Of a stretch of DNA of 64,000 bases, positions 10,125-21,286 are shown piece by piece. Under the pieces are notes generated by a model. The model was not told where the DNA came from. It searched no databases and saw only the letters and a program-made list of their open reading frames with translations. Made by a program: the position numbers and the translations under genes. The DNA comes from Candidatus Bathyarchaeota archaeon (GTDB lineage Archaea; Thermoproteota; Bathyarchaeia; Bathyarchaeales; Bathycorpusculaceae). Location: NCBI GenBank assembly GCA_963770935.1, contig CAVYRJ010000017.1, forward strand, positions 16,033-80,032, given 5' to 3'. The number at the start of each line of letters is the position of its first letter. The stretch's first letter is position 1.

Positions 10125-10358
10125 ATGGCTCGTGGTATTATGACTTGTTGGAAATGGTTTGGAACCCTTTTGAAAGAGGCCGGAGTAGAACTGAACGAAA
10201 ACAACAAAGAAAAGATTGACGCAGTCATACACAAATACATAGATGAGCAGTCAAACTACGGACGATGCTCTCCTGGCTGGAAAAAAGCAAGAAAGGAAAT
10301 CGTAGCTGACGAAAAAATGAAAAGGGAACTAATAGTGCACCTCAAAACCATTAAGTAA
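10125..10358 (+). CDS. Hypothetical protein
   Basis: 77-aa ORF with protein-like composition. Confidence 0.6.
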   Translation: MARGIMTCWKWFGTLLKEAGVELNENNKEKIDAVIHKYIDEQSNYGRCSPGWKKARKEIVADEKMKRELIVHLKTIK

Positions 10359-10692
10359 TATTTTCCATTAATATGTTTCCTGAAAAAATTGACATATTTA
10401 GTGCAGCAATTTTGTCAGAAGTTTGTGGATGATTTCTTCATTTCATTTTATTTTGTTTAGCATGCACCAGATTTTTTCCTTCATTTGAGTGGTGACTAGA
10501 AACAATAGATAGTAAGTGCCATCGATTGTGCGTATTAAGAAAAGATAGTAAACTACTTCATAACTTCGACTTAACTGCGCGGCAAAGCTAACAATTTTGT
10601 CTTGATCAAGGCTCAATAAAGGGGTCAATGCAAGAGCTAACAATAATCAAAAATAACCCAACTACACATTAGCCAACTTGAGGCACATCGCT

Positions 10693-12475
10693 TTGAGCGC
10701 ACAGCAAATTACATGGGATTTAACAGAACTTTTTCAGAATATAAGTGACCCCAAAATCAACCAAGCCATCGCAGAAACTACAGACAGCGGCAAGTGCATT
10801 TGAAAAGACTTACCGAGGAAAAATAACTCAGCTAACTTCCGAAGACTTATTGCAGTGCTTCATCGATGTCGAGTCATTTGAGGCAAAATTTAGCGACCTA
10901 ACGCTGTACTCAAGCTTATTCTTTGCTGCTGACATGACCCAGCCCCAAGCACAATCGCTAAACGACAAAGTAGACAAACTCTCAGCCAACATCAGCAAGC
11001 AACTGGCGTTCTATTCGCTGGAGCTTGGCGTGTTGATCAAAAGCAACCCTCAAATAATCTACGAAAAAACCTTATCCAATTACAAGCATATGTTAGAGCG
11101 GGTCCTTCGCCGTGTGGAGCATCAGCTCTCCGAAGTGGAAGAACAACTCATAATCGAGAAGGACCAATTCGGCGTCAATGCATGGTCAGAGCTGCAAAGC
11201 AAATGGCTAAACACCCGCCTCTTCGATGTTATGGTTTTGGGAGAAAAAAAGATCCTTAGCTATGGCGAGGCCAACGGTTTGTTGCCTCACTCTGACCGCG
11301 CCACCAGGGAATCCGCTAACCGGGCAATCTATGGGCTTCTTGGCAAAGACGGCGAAGTCTTCTCTTCAGCACTCCGTAGCATCTGCAACGACTGGGTAGC
11401 TGTTTCTAAACGCAGAAAATACGCCTCGCCTATGGAATCTAGCTTGATCAGCAACGACACTGAGGAGGGCATTATTGCTAATCTGCTTAAAACCATCGAA
11501 GAAGGCGCTGGGACTTACAGGCAATATCTTAAGCTTAAAGCAAAACTGATGGATTTACCTGAGCTAGGAAACCATGATATTGTCGCACCGTTGCCCAATT
11601 CACCTGAACTCAAATTCACTTTCCAACAAGCGCAAGACCTGGTTGTCAAAGCCTACAGCCGATTCGACCCTCAATATTCTAACGCCGTCAAAGAAATGTT
11701 TCAAAAACGCCACATCGACGCAACACCACGCTTTGGCAAGCGCAACGGCGCGTTTTGCGCTGGCTACTACAAGGGCAAATCAGCCTACATACTTCAAAGC
11801 TTCACCGGCACACTAACTGACGTTTTCACACTTGCACATGAGCTTGGGCATGCGACCCATGATTGGTACGCCTCAAGAAACCAAACGCTGTTAAACATGA
11901 ATGTGCCTTCTACCGTGGCGGAGACAGCGTCGATTTTTGGTGAGTTATTAGTTACAGACCTACTTCTGGATGAAGCTAAATCTAATTCTGAACGAAGGGC
12001 GTTGTTATGTATGATTTTAGACGAGGCGGGAATGACAACCTTTCAGGTAACGGCGCGAGTGTGGTTTGAGCAGGCGCTCTATGCTTCCATAGAACATGAT
12101 GAGTTCTTAGATTACCAGACAATCTGCAGCCACTGGACCAAAGCGCGGAGCCGCATCTTTGGTGACGCCGTCACTTGGTTCCCCGAAATGGAAGCTGAAT
12201 GGACCATGAAACCTCACTATTACATGGCAAACTACCGCTTCTACAACTATCCCTACGTCTACGCCCAAATGTTCGTCTATTCGCTGTACGAGCGGTACTT
12301 GGAGGAAGGCAAAGTGTTTGTACCTAAACTGATCAAGATGCTTTCGGCGGGCGGTAGCGTGTCTCCGCAGGAAATTGGCGCAATCTCTGGGCTAAACGTG
12401 GCAGCGCCCGACTTCTGGAAAGGCGGCTTAGGGGTGTTCGAACGTTTCATCGGTGACTTGGAAAGAATCATTTAA
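10693..12475 (+). CDS. pepF: M3 family oligoendopeptidase F (apparent frameshift near 10785)
   Basis: TLAHELGH zinc motif, AETAS, FYNYPY; the N-terminal WDLTELF lies in another frame. Confidence 0.88.
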
Positions 12476-12477
12476 TG

Positions 12478-12666
12478 TTACGGTTTGGAAGCTTGTTTTC
12501 CAAACCACTTTGTGAACCACGCAAAAGTGGCGCATTCTTCTTTGGAAGTGCAAGATAGGCAGGGAAATTCTTGCGCTGCTAAATTAACCATTTCCACTAG
12601 TTTTTCACTTGAAGTTTTATCTGTTATTTTTCTTATCTGCTTTTCAAATTCGCCCGACAAAACCAT
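12478..12666 (-). CDS. Small hypothetical protein with Cys cluster
   Basis: FPCLSCTSKEEC; directly downstream of uppP. Confidence 0.6.
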   Translation of the reverse strand: MVLSGEFEKQIRKITDKTSSEKLVEMVNLAAQEFPCLSCTSKEECATFAWFTKWFGKQASKP

Positions 12667-12672
12667 CCCTTC

Positions 12673-13476
12673 TTAGTAACCTAAGAGAACCAGAATAATC
12701 AAGATTACGCCAAGGGCAAACGTGTAGGCGGCAAAGTAGTGGAAACTCTTGGTTAAAACCAGCTTCTTCACCAGCACAATAGCTACGTAGCCTGCTAAAA
12801 CTGCGCAAACTAAACCAGTTAAAAGATTCAACGGAGAAACGCCTATGCCTGCGGAAACCAAGCTTCCCTCCTGAAGGTAAAGTTCAACTCCAAAGTCGCC
12901 GACTATTGCGGGAATCGAGAGCAGGAAAGAAAACTTGAAAACCATCTCCCGCTTGACGCCCTGCAAGAGCCCGCTGGATATTGTTGAGCCACTTCTGGAG
13001 AGTCCTGGAAAAATCGCTGCTCCTTGAGCTGCACCCATAACAAGCGCTTTTTTGTAGGTTATTTTGCTTTGATCTTCTTTGCCGTATTTGGAGAAGAAAA
13101 CTATGGCGCCGCCAAAAAGGAAGGTTACTCCGATGATTAGCAAGGTTTGGTAGTTGTCGGCTAGGAACTTGTCGTATAGCAAGCCGATAATGCCTGTTGG
13201 GATGGTTGCGACTATGATTAGCGGGATGAATCTGCCGTATTCTGAGTGGAAATCCCGATGAATTAGGGCTGTTAGAATAAGTTTGATGTCATGCCTAAAA
13301 TAGAATACAACAACACCAAGAGTGCCTAAATGTAAGAACAAGTTGAATAGAGGCGTCGCTTGGAACCCGAGGAAATGCTCAGTTATCCTTAGGTGTGCGG
13401 TGCTGGAGATAGGCAGCCACTCTGAGAAGCCTTGAATTAAACCTAGCAATATTGTGGTGAAGAGTTGGTCAAGCAA
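12673..13476 (-). CDS. uppP: Undecaprenyl-diphosphate phosphatase (BacA family)
   Basis: QGFSEWLPISSTAH and PGLSRSGST motifs, multiple TM helices. Confidence 0.92.
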   Translation of the reverse strand: MLDQLFTTILLGLIQGFSEWLPISSTAHLRITEHFLGFQATPLFNLFLHLGTLGVVVFYFRHDIKLILTALIHRDFHSEYGRFIPLIIVATIPTGIIGLLYDKFLADNYQTLLIIGVTFLFGGAIVFFSKYGKEDQSKITYKKALVMGAAQGAAIFPGLSRSGSTISSGLLQGVKREMVFKFSFLLSIPAIVGDFGVELYLQEGSLVSAGIGVSPLNLLTGLVCAVLAGYVAIVLVKKLVLTKSFHYFAAYTFALGVILIILVLLGY

Positions 13477-13638
13477 ATCTTAGGCACCTGTGTGAGGGTC
13501 CGATATTTTCTAACTCTAAGATATCCTAACTTATAGCTTTTACAGAAAACAGATAATGGTGAGTTAAGTAACCTGCCAAAAAAGATCCGTTTAGATAATT
13601 TTAATAGTAAATAGCAAGAACAACTAAATGATTCCTAT

Positions 13639-14177
13639 TTGACCAAAAACGTAAGAAACAAAGAAATCAAAATATCCCAAGAAAAACTTAGAGAAGGAAT
13701 CACTCTTTCTCTTGAGAAATCATTGAAATACCTAAATGCAACAAGACTATTGCTTGAAAACGACTATGTTGATTACGCTGTCACACTAATTTTTTTGCAA
13801 TAGAAGAATTTGGCAGAGCCGTGTATCTTAGGAAAAGGCTTCAAGAAGGAAAAGTAACAATCGAACCAGAAATACAGATAGGTAATAAAGGACACATGCT
13901 AAAATACGATTACGCTTTTTCTGTATTACCAGATGGGTTAAAGAATATTTTTTTTGGTTTGAATCCGAGCGCGGAGATTAATCCATTTATTGACCCACCT
14001 TGGTCTTTAATGGGAATAAAGGTGCAACAACTTAATCCTAAAACTCGTCTTAAACCAATTTACTCAAACTTCAATGAGGAAACACAGGATTGGGAAGAGG
14101 GCATACCTATATCTAAAATAAGGATAGAGGAAATAGCCAGTGAAATTGAGAAAGCAATCGTAGATTTTACATCTTAA
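13639..14177 (+). CDS. AbiV-family (HEPN-like) abortive infection protein, frameshift in a T-run near 13790
   Basis: Joined reading LKYLNATRLLLEN...LIFFAIEEFGRAVYL...GHMLKY matches the A.EE.GK and H..K pattern. Confidence 0.6.
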
Positions 14178-14622
14178 TCAGCTAAATTAGTTATTTCTCA
14201 TTTATGATTGCATTCTCAAGCTATTCTAAGATTTATTCTTCATATTACTATTTGTTACTCAATCTTGACGCGTTCTTTGGCATGCTTTTCATACTCTTCT
14301 TCTGAGATAATACCTTTCTCAATCAGTAAATCAACTAAAGGCAGATTGCATTGTGTCTAAGAGATCTATTTCCTCTAAGGGGTCTCTTTCAACTTTAGCT
14401 TTTTTCATCCTTTCTGCCTTTCGCTAAGTAACCTTGTTCGCTTAGCCAATTCATAATGATTTGCCTTAGAGTATTGCTGTATCCTTCCCCTAGCTTATCG
14501 ACTTCTTCTTTGTCCAAGATTTCAACTACACCAAAAGAGACTGGTAGCATCCTGGCGGAATGCCAATTGTGGCTAAAAGATAATTTAAAAAATAGGTATC
14601 TGAAGCTGAAAGATTGCTCTTT

Positions 14623-15114
14623 TTACTCTTTTTGTTGAAAGAGTTTCTTGATTGCTCCGATTCTTGCTTTCTGCGCCAGCACATCGCTTGTAACTACTGT
14701 TATGGCTTCTTCTGGGCACCATTTGACGCATTGTGGTCCTTCAGGTTTGTCCTTGCATAGGTCACAGACATAGACGACTTTGGTTTCTGGATGAAGCATC
14801 ATGGCGCCATAGTCGCAGGCTTCAATACACCAGCCGCAGCCATTACATTTATCCTTGTCCAAAACGATTGCACCTGTCTCCTTTGATTGAGTAAGTGCAT
14901 CTCTTGGGCAAGCGGCAACGCATGCTGGCTCTTCGCAAAGTCTACATGTAACAGCCATGTTAGCTAACTGGTTAACACGCACAACTCTGATGCGTGACTT
15001 GAGAGGATTGAATGCTTTCTCTTTGGTAAAGGAGCAAGCGTACTCACATATTTGGCAGCCCACGCATTTTTCTGGATCAACAGAAACAAATTTTCTCTCG
15101 TGGAGTTTAACCAT
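14623..15114 (-). CDS. 4Fe-4S dicluster protein (DmsB/AorA-like partner of AOR)
   Basis: CVGCQICEYAC, CRLCEEPAC, CNGCGWCIEAC, CDLC...CVKWCP. Confidence 0.9.
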   Translation of the reverse strand: MVKLHERKFVSVDPEKCVGCQICEYACSFTKEKAFNPLKSRIRVVRVNQLANMAVTCRLCEEPACVAACPRDALTQSKETGAIVLDKDKCNGCGWCIEACDYGAMMLHPETKVVYVCDLCKDKPEGPQCVKWCPEEAITVVTSDVLAQKARIGAIKKLFQQKE

Positions 15115-15117
15115 ATT

Positions 15118-16991
15118 TTACGCCTCTTTTCCTTCGACTATAGTTTGGTAATCTTGCATGCCTAGTTCTTGGAGCTTAGCTTTGGTTGGTATGCCTTCGA
15201 CGTTCCAGCCGCGTGCTTGATAATAATCGTCTAGTAGGAGGTCAAGTTCTTCTTGGGTTACTACCGCTCCTTTTGCGGTTCCAGCATCTGTAATTGGTTG
15301 GTTCATGACTTTCCAGGGCAATGTGTCGTCTTTTCGACTAAAGCCTTCCCGGACATTGATTAGTTTAGCTAATGTGTTTATTCGTTCGCCCACAACGCCA
15401 AGTTCCTCAGCAGTCATTTCGATGCCCGTGACTAGGTTGTATAGTTTTGCCATGTCGGCGAGTTCTTTGTAGAGGGTACCTTTGGCGTTCTTGCAGATGA
15501 TGAATGAATCGATAAGTGCGTAGATATCTTCTGAGTCTTTGACAAGTTTGCCGCGTCCTTTTTCAGCTTTGAAACGGTCAATTTTGCCCTTCAAGTCGAT
15601 GAGGTAAGCGCCGCTTCGATTTTGGTCTGCTCCACGGAAAGAAACTGCTGAACCTAATGCCGCGGTTTTAAGACAACGTAAATCGAAACCAGTCACTTCT
15701 AAGCCTTTAATCTGTAGGGCTAGCTCAATTGAGTTTTTGCCGATTTTTTCGGCAGCTACCTTTACGCCGTCTGCAAGCATGTCGCCGATGCCTTCGCGTT
15801 TGCCGATTTTTTCGATAAGTTGCAGGAGTGCGTCTGCGTTTCCGAAGTGAGCATCTAATCCTTCGAGATCTTCATGGGTTAGTATGCCTTTTTCGTGGCA
15901 GTCCATGACGAAGCTAACGGTTACGCCTGCGCTTGTTGCATCAAGACCGTAGTGGTTGCAAAGTTCAGCGGCTTTAATTATTGCATCGAGTTTGTCTACT
16001 CCACAGTTTGGACCCAATGCCCAGATATTATCGTATTCCATGCGGGCTAAAGTGCCTTTGTAAGGTCCTTCTTTTATGACAGCTTCATGTTCACATCGCA
16101 TGGCACATGAGTTGCAAGCGATGATTTTTGCAATATAGCGCTCATTGAGTGTTTCAGCGCTGACTTTTTCAGCGTTCTCAAAATGCGCGTTATTGAAGTT
16201 GCGTGTTGGTAAACAGAAAAGTTCGTTCTGCACCAATTATATTTTCGGATGTACCAAGGGTGCGGTATTTCTGTGCAGCTGGTCCTTTCATGCGTTCATG
16301 GAATTCTTTTACCATTGTTATGAATTCGTCGGGTTTAGCGACAACTATGTCTCTGGTGCCTCTGACAGCGATGGCTTTGAGGTTTTTGCTTCCCATGATT
16401 GCACCAAGACCTGTCCTTCCGGCTGCCCGTGTTTTCTCGTTTATTATGCATGCGATTTTTGAGAGTTTCTCGCCTGCTAAACCAATAGATGCAACTCGAA
16501 CGTAGTAATCGCCCAGCTCATTTTTTATAGCATCTTCGGTTTCGCCAGGGGATTTACCCCAAAGTTGTGCCGCATCTAAGAAGCTGGACTGAGTCATCGT
16601 CAATCCAGAGATAAACTGGCTTGTCAGCCTTGCCCGTTAAAATTACAGCGTCGTACCCTGCACGTTTTAGTTCTGCGCCAAAGGTGCCGTGGCTTACAGC
16701 TTCTCCAACGCCATTTGTTTCGGGTGATTTAGATATGAATGCGTGACCGTTTCCGCCTGTCGGAAACATTGTTCCTGAAACTGGACCAAGTGCCAAAACA
16801 AGCGGGTTTTCCGCGCTTAGCGGGTTTACACCTGCTTTTGAGTTGGATAAGTAGAGTTTCATGCCAAGGCCGATGCCGCCAATGTATTTTTTGGCGGTCT
16901 CATCGGGTAATTTTTCAGTTCGGGTCTTGCCGGTGGTTAAATCAACGTATAAGATTGTTCCTGCGTAACCTAGCAACCTTGTTTCCTCCAA
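15118..16991 (-). CDS. Aldehyde:ferredoxin oxidoreductase family protein, variant active site (apparent frameshifts near 16580 and 16240)
   Basis: YIGGIGLG, SKSP, LKRAGYDA, AAGRTGLGAIMGSKNLKAI, CNSCAMRC, YYQARGW. Confidence 0.88.
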
Positions 16992-17206
16992 GATTATTGA
17001 AAGTATTTAGTGCTGTTGAACAATATATTAAGTTAATGGGTTCTTTGCTTGAAAATTCATGGCTTTAATTTCGCATTACAAAAGTCGTTTTGAATGATCG
17101 AGAATATCGCTTAATCGCTAAATTCTATGATAAAAACGAAAGATGCAATAGAAAAGAAATATCAGAACCCCAAACAAATACTAACCCAGAGCAGAAGGCA
17201 AAACAA

Positions 17207-17494
17207 ATGCAAGTTAAAGTTCACTACATCAGCCTAGTAAAATCCTACACAAACAAAAGCCAAGACGAATTCAACCTCCCAGATGGCACCCCACTGTCGG
17301 GTCTGCTCGACAAAATCGCCCAAGCCTATGGCAGCCAATTCTCAAAGGAAGTCTATGATCCAACCAAAAAAGAGATGAAGGCAACGTTCGTGGCGATGGT
17401 TAACGGTGTTTTGATGGACCAGCTAAAAGGCGTAGACACACATCTCAAAGACGGCGACAGCGTAATTTTGATGTCGTTAGTGACAGGCGGCTAA
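17207..17494 (+). CDS. MoaD/ThiS (SAMP-like) ubiquitin-fold protein
   Basis: MVNG...LKDGDSV...VTGG with C-terminal di-glycine; lies between the AOR operons. Confidence 0.88.
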   Translation: MQVKVHYISLVKSYTNKSQDEFNLPDGTPLSGLLDKIAQAYGSQFSKEVYDPTKKEMKATFVAMVNGVLMDQLKGVDTHLKDGDSVILMSLVTGG

Positions 17495-17618
17495 ATATAA
17501 GCGCAAGATAGCCCAGCTTAAAGCAATTAGCAATCATTATTTTTGTGAGAGAGAAAGTGACCTGAAAAAAAACTAAAATATTTTGCGCTAGAAATAGCGC
17601 ATTTTGATAATTACTGGT

Positions 17619-18131
17619 TTATTTTGATTTGTTGGCTTCTTCGACGGTTTGAAACAGGTTCTTGACAGCTTTCTGTCGGTATTTCTGCGCTAATGTTTCT
17701 GCTGTAACGTAGGTTAATGCTTCTTCTGGACACCATTTGACGCATTGTGGCTCTTTTGTTTCGTTGTCAGTGCAGCTGTTGCAGGTGAACACGACTTTCT
17801 TTTCTGGATGCATGTTCATAGCGCCGAATTGGCATGCGCTTATGCACCATCCGCAGCCGTTGCAAGCGTTTTCGTCAACGCGTATTATACCGCTGTCTTC
17901 TTCTTGTTTTAGAGCGTCTCTTGGGCAGGCTGCTACACATGCTGGGTCTTCACAGTGTCTGCAGGTGATTGCAAGGTTTACCAATGGTCCAATTCGCATG
18001 GCGCGTATACGTGATTTGTTTGGGTTGAAGGTTTTCTCGTTAATCATGCTACAAGCATATTCGCAGACGCAGCAACCAATGCATTTGTCTGGATCAGCAG
18101 TCACGAATTTTCGATCTTGTGGACGCACCAT
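17619..18131 (-). CDS. 4Fe-4S dicluster protein, paralog of 14623-15114
   Basis: Four Cys cluster motifs. Confidence 0.9.
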   Translation of the reverse strand: MVRPQDRKFVTADPDKCIGCCVCEYACSMINEKTFNPNKSRIRAMRIGPLVNLAITCRHCEDPACVAACPRDALKQEEDSGIIRVDENACNGCGWCISACQFGAMNMHPEKKVVFTCNSCTDNETKEPQCVKWCPEEALTYVTAETLAQKYRQKAVKNLFQTVEEANKSK

Positions 18132-18132
18132 T

Positions 18133-20047
18133 TTAGGTTCCTCCTACACTTGCAACTGCAGCTACAGGCTTGTTTTCTTTGGCTGCTTTCATTGCGTCTT
18201 CGGCAATGTAAGCTAAGTCTCCTAACCCTACCTGTTGCAAACGTTCAACCGTTGGGATACCATCAGCCGTCCATCCACGTGAAGCATAATAGTCATCTAA
18301 GCCAATTGCCATTTCCTCGTCGTTGACACAGACGCCCTTTGCTGGTCCCTCGTCAGGAACTGGGAAATGCTTTATCTTGTATGGAACATCGTCGTATTTG
18401 CGTGTGCCTTTGCCTTCACGTATGTTGAAGAGTCTTGCCAAGTTTTCGATTCTGTCGCCGTCTAGCATCATCTCTTCTACGGTGATTGGGATGCCTGTAG
18501 CTAAGGTGTAGTAGTTTGCGAGATCTTTCCAGCCGTCGTAGTATGTGCCTCTGCTAAATTTGCATACAATAAGTGAGTCAATGATGTTGTACATTTTGCT
18601 TTCATCAGTAATCGTTTTGCCGCGTCCAGCCTCAATCTTGAAGCGGTTAAACTTTCCCTTAACGTCAGGTGAGTAAGCTCCGTTTCTTAGGTGGCAAGCG
18701 CCTCTGAAAGATACTGAGAAGCCTAGTGCAGCAGTCTTTAGAGTTCTTAGGTCGTAGCCTGGAAGCTCTAAGCCTTTGATGTGGCAGGCATACTTGTATG
18801 CGTCTCCGCCGATTAATTCGGCAGCTTTTGCTACTCCTTCAGCCAAAATGTTTCCCAGCCAGCCTTCACGTTTACCAATCTTGTGAATAATAGCGATTAG
18901 TGCTTCAGCGTTGCCGAACTTTAAGGTCGATTCCGTCGGTTTGTTCCTTGGTGATTATGCCGTGCTCATAGAGATCCATCGCGAACGCGACAACAACGCC
19001 TATTGAGATGCCGTCCATGCCGTACTCGTTAACAATTCGCATTGCTTCGATAATTGCGTCTAAGCGGTCAACACCGCAAAGTGGTCCCATGCTCCAGAGG
19101 CATTCGAATTCCAATCGTGAAGTTGAACCTTTGTATGGTCCTTCGGGAACAACGCCGATGTGGTCACAACGCATACCGCAAGTTGCACAGCCGACAATTT
19201 TCTTAACATAATGCTCGTTGAAGTATTCGCCGCTTACTTTGTTGGCGCCTTCAAAAGTGGCGTTCGTCCAGTTCCTTGTTGCCAAGGCTGAAAGCGAGTT
19301 TAGAACCAAAACGTTTTCGGGTGTGCCTAAGGTTTTGTATTTCTTGGTTGATGGACCCTTCATACGTTCATGGATAAGTTTAACAAATTCCATGAATCCT
19401 TTAAGATCCGCTACGTTGACATCTTTTGTGCCTCGTACAGCGACTGCCTTGAGGTTTTTAGAACCCATAACTCCGCCCATACCGCTTCTTCCAATAGCAC
19501 GAAACTCATCGTTTATTATAGCTGCAAACCTGCAAAGTTTCTCGCCTGCTTCACCAATCGCTGAAACACGGATGTAAAAGTCGCCGAGTTCATCTCGGAT
19601 TTTGTCATCAGTTTCTCTAACGGTTGCATTTTTGAGGTATTCAGCATTTCGGATTTCAACTTTGTCATCGTCAATCCACAGGTAAGATAGTTTAGGTGCT
19701 TTACCTTTTATTATAACAGCATCGTAGCCCGCACGTTTTAGGTCAGGTCCGAAGAAGCCGTGGGCTTCGCCATTACCGATACCGCCGGTGGCAGGAGATT
19801 TGGACACGACGGCGTAGCTGTTGCCGCCTGTTGGACCCATGGTGCCGCTAAGTGGACCCGTTAAGTAAATAATCGGGTTATCTGGGTCATATGGATCAGT
19901 GCCTGGTTTTGAATTGTCAAACAGTAAGCGGATACCTAAACCTATTCCGCCGATGTAGTCTTTAGCCATCTGCTCTGATAATGGCTCGGTTTTTATTTCT
20001 CCTGTCGTGAGGTTAACATGTAAAATTTTTCCCGCATAAGCAAACAT
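18133..20047 (-). CDS. aor: Aldehyde:ferredoxin oxidoreductase, canonical active site (apparent frameshift near 18920)
   Basis: CATCGMRC, EFE, YGMD, GYDLR, RGACH, DSLIVC. Confidence 0.88.
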
Positions 20048-20242
20048 GCTTTCTTCCCCTCAATGTTGTTATGTAAAAGGCATTTGAAAACTATATTAAG
20101 TTAATGGCAGTTGCGTTTAAAAAAACACGGTTATTTTCGACCTGTTTTTTGTTACATAACGCAAAATAGAGCCCTCCCCAAGCACTCGTGGAAGCGAAAA
20201 CTTAAACCAACCCAACCTCTACCCCATAAGCAGGCGAAAAAC

Positions 20243-21286
20243 TTGAAGCGAACCGATGCTCTAAAACAATTAGCGGTCAACCAGAACAAACCATCAAACT
20301 TTTTAATCTTCAACCAAACCAACCTAACCTACTTAACAGGCTTCTCCGCAGCAACTGCCCTTCTAATACCAGAACAAGGCGAAAAAGTGCTTTACGTTTC
20401 AGGAGTCAACTATGAACAAGCTAAAGCTGAAGTCAAAGACGTTACCGTGGAACTTTTGAAAAGGTCCGAGAACCTGATTGAGAAAATTGCCAAACAAACC
20501 CCAGCCAAAAAGTTCGCTGTAGATGCACTATCAGTTGAAAGTTGGCGCGCTTTAGCTAAGGCAGTCGGCGGAGAGGAAAACTTGGAATTAGCCAACAACC
20601 TAATCCTTGAACTCCGAAAAACCAAAAGCCAAGAGGAAATCAAGCTCATAAATGAAGCCTGCAAACTAGCAGACATAGGCATGAAAGTAGCTTCCGAAAC
20701 TGTTCGAGCAGGCACAAAAGAAAAGGATGTAGCGGCAGAGGTCGAATATGCCATGCGCAAGGCAGGTTCAGACGGAACAGCCTTTGAAACCATAGTAGCT
20801 TCAGGTGCAACATCAGCGTTTCCCCATGGCAGCAACCTAGAAAAAACAATTCATGAAGGCGATTCTATCGTGGTTGATTTGGGTGCAACAAATAGGTTCT
20901 ACCGCTCAGACATCACTCGAACATTCTTCGCTGGGAAACCCACGGAGAAGCAAACCAGAATCTACGAAACCGTCGAATTGGCGCAACAGAAAGCCATCGA
21001 ATCAATCAAACCAGGAATCCTAGCAAAAGAGGTTGATATGGCAGCTAGGCAAATTATTGAAAAGGCGGTTTTTGGTGAGTTTTTTGTTCATAACCTTGGG
21101 CACGGCGTTGGTCTGGAGGTTCATGAAGCGCCCATCTTGAGTCCCGACAGCAAGGACATTTTGGAAACAGGAAATGTAGTGACGGTTGAGCCAGGGATTT
21201 ACGTGCCAGGTTTTGGCGGAGTCCGAATCGAAGACACAGTCCTTGTCACACCGGATGGGGCCGAAATACTTACATCTGCTCCTTAA
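20243..21286 (+). CDS. pepQ: Xaa-Pro peptidase (M24B)
   Basis: PHG, DLGA...SDITRT, HNLGHGVGLEVHE, TVEPGIY, RIED. Confidence 0.92.
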   Translation: MKRTDALKQLAVNQNKPSNFLIFNQTNLTYLTGFSAATALLIPEQGEKVLYVSGVNYEQAKAEVKDVTVELLKRSENLIEKIAKQTPAKKFAVDALSVESWRALAKAVGGEENLELANNLILELRKTKSQEEIKLINEACKLADIGMKVASETVRAGTKEKDVAAEVEYAMRKAGSDGTAFETIVASGATSAFPHGSNLEKTIHEGDSIVVDLGATNRFYRSDITRTFFAGKPTEKQTRIYETVELAQQKAIESIKPGILAKEVDMAARQIIEKAVFGEFFVHNLGHGVGLEVHEAPILSPDSKDILETGNVVTVEPGIYVPGFGGVRIEDTVLVTPDGAEILTSAP

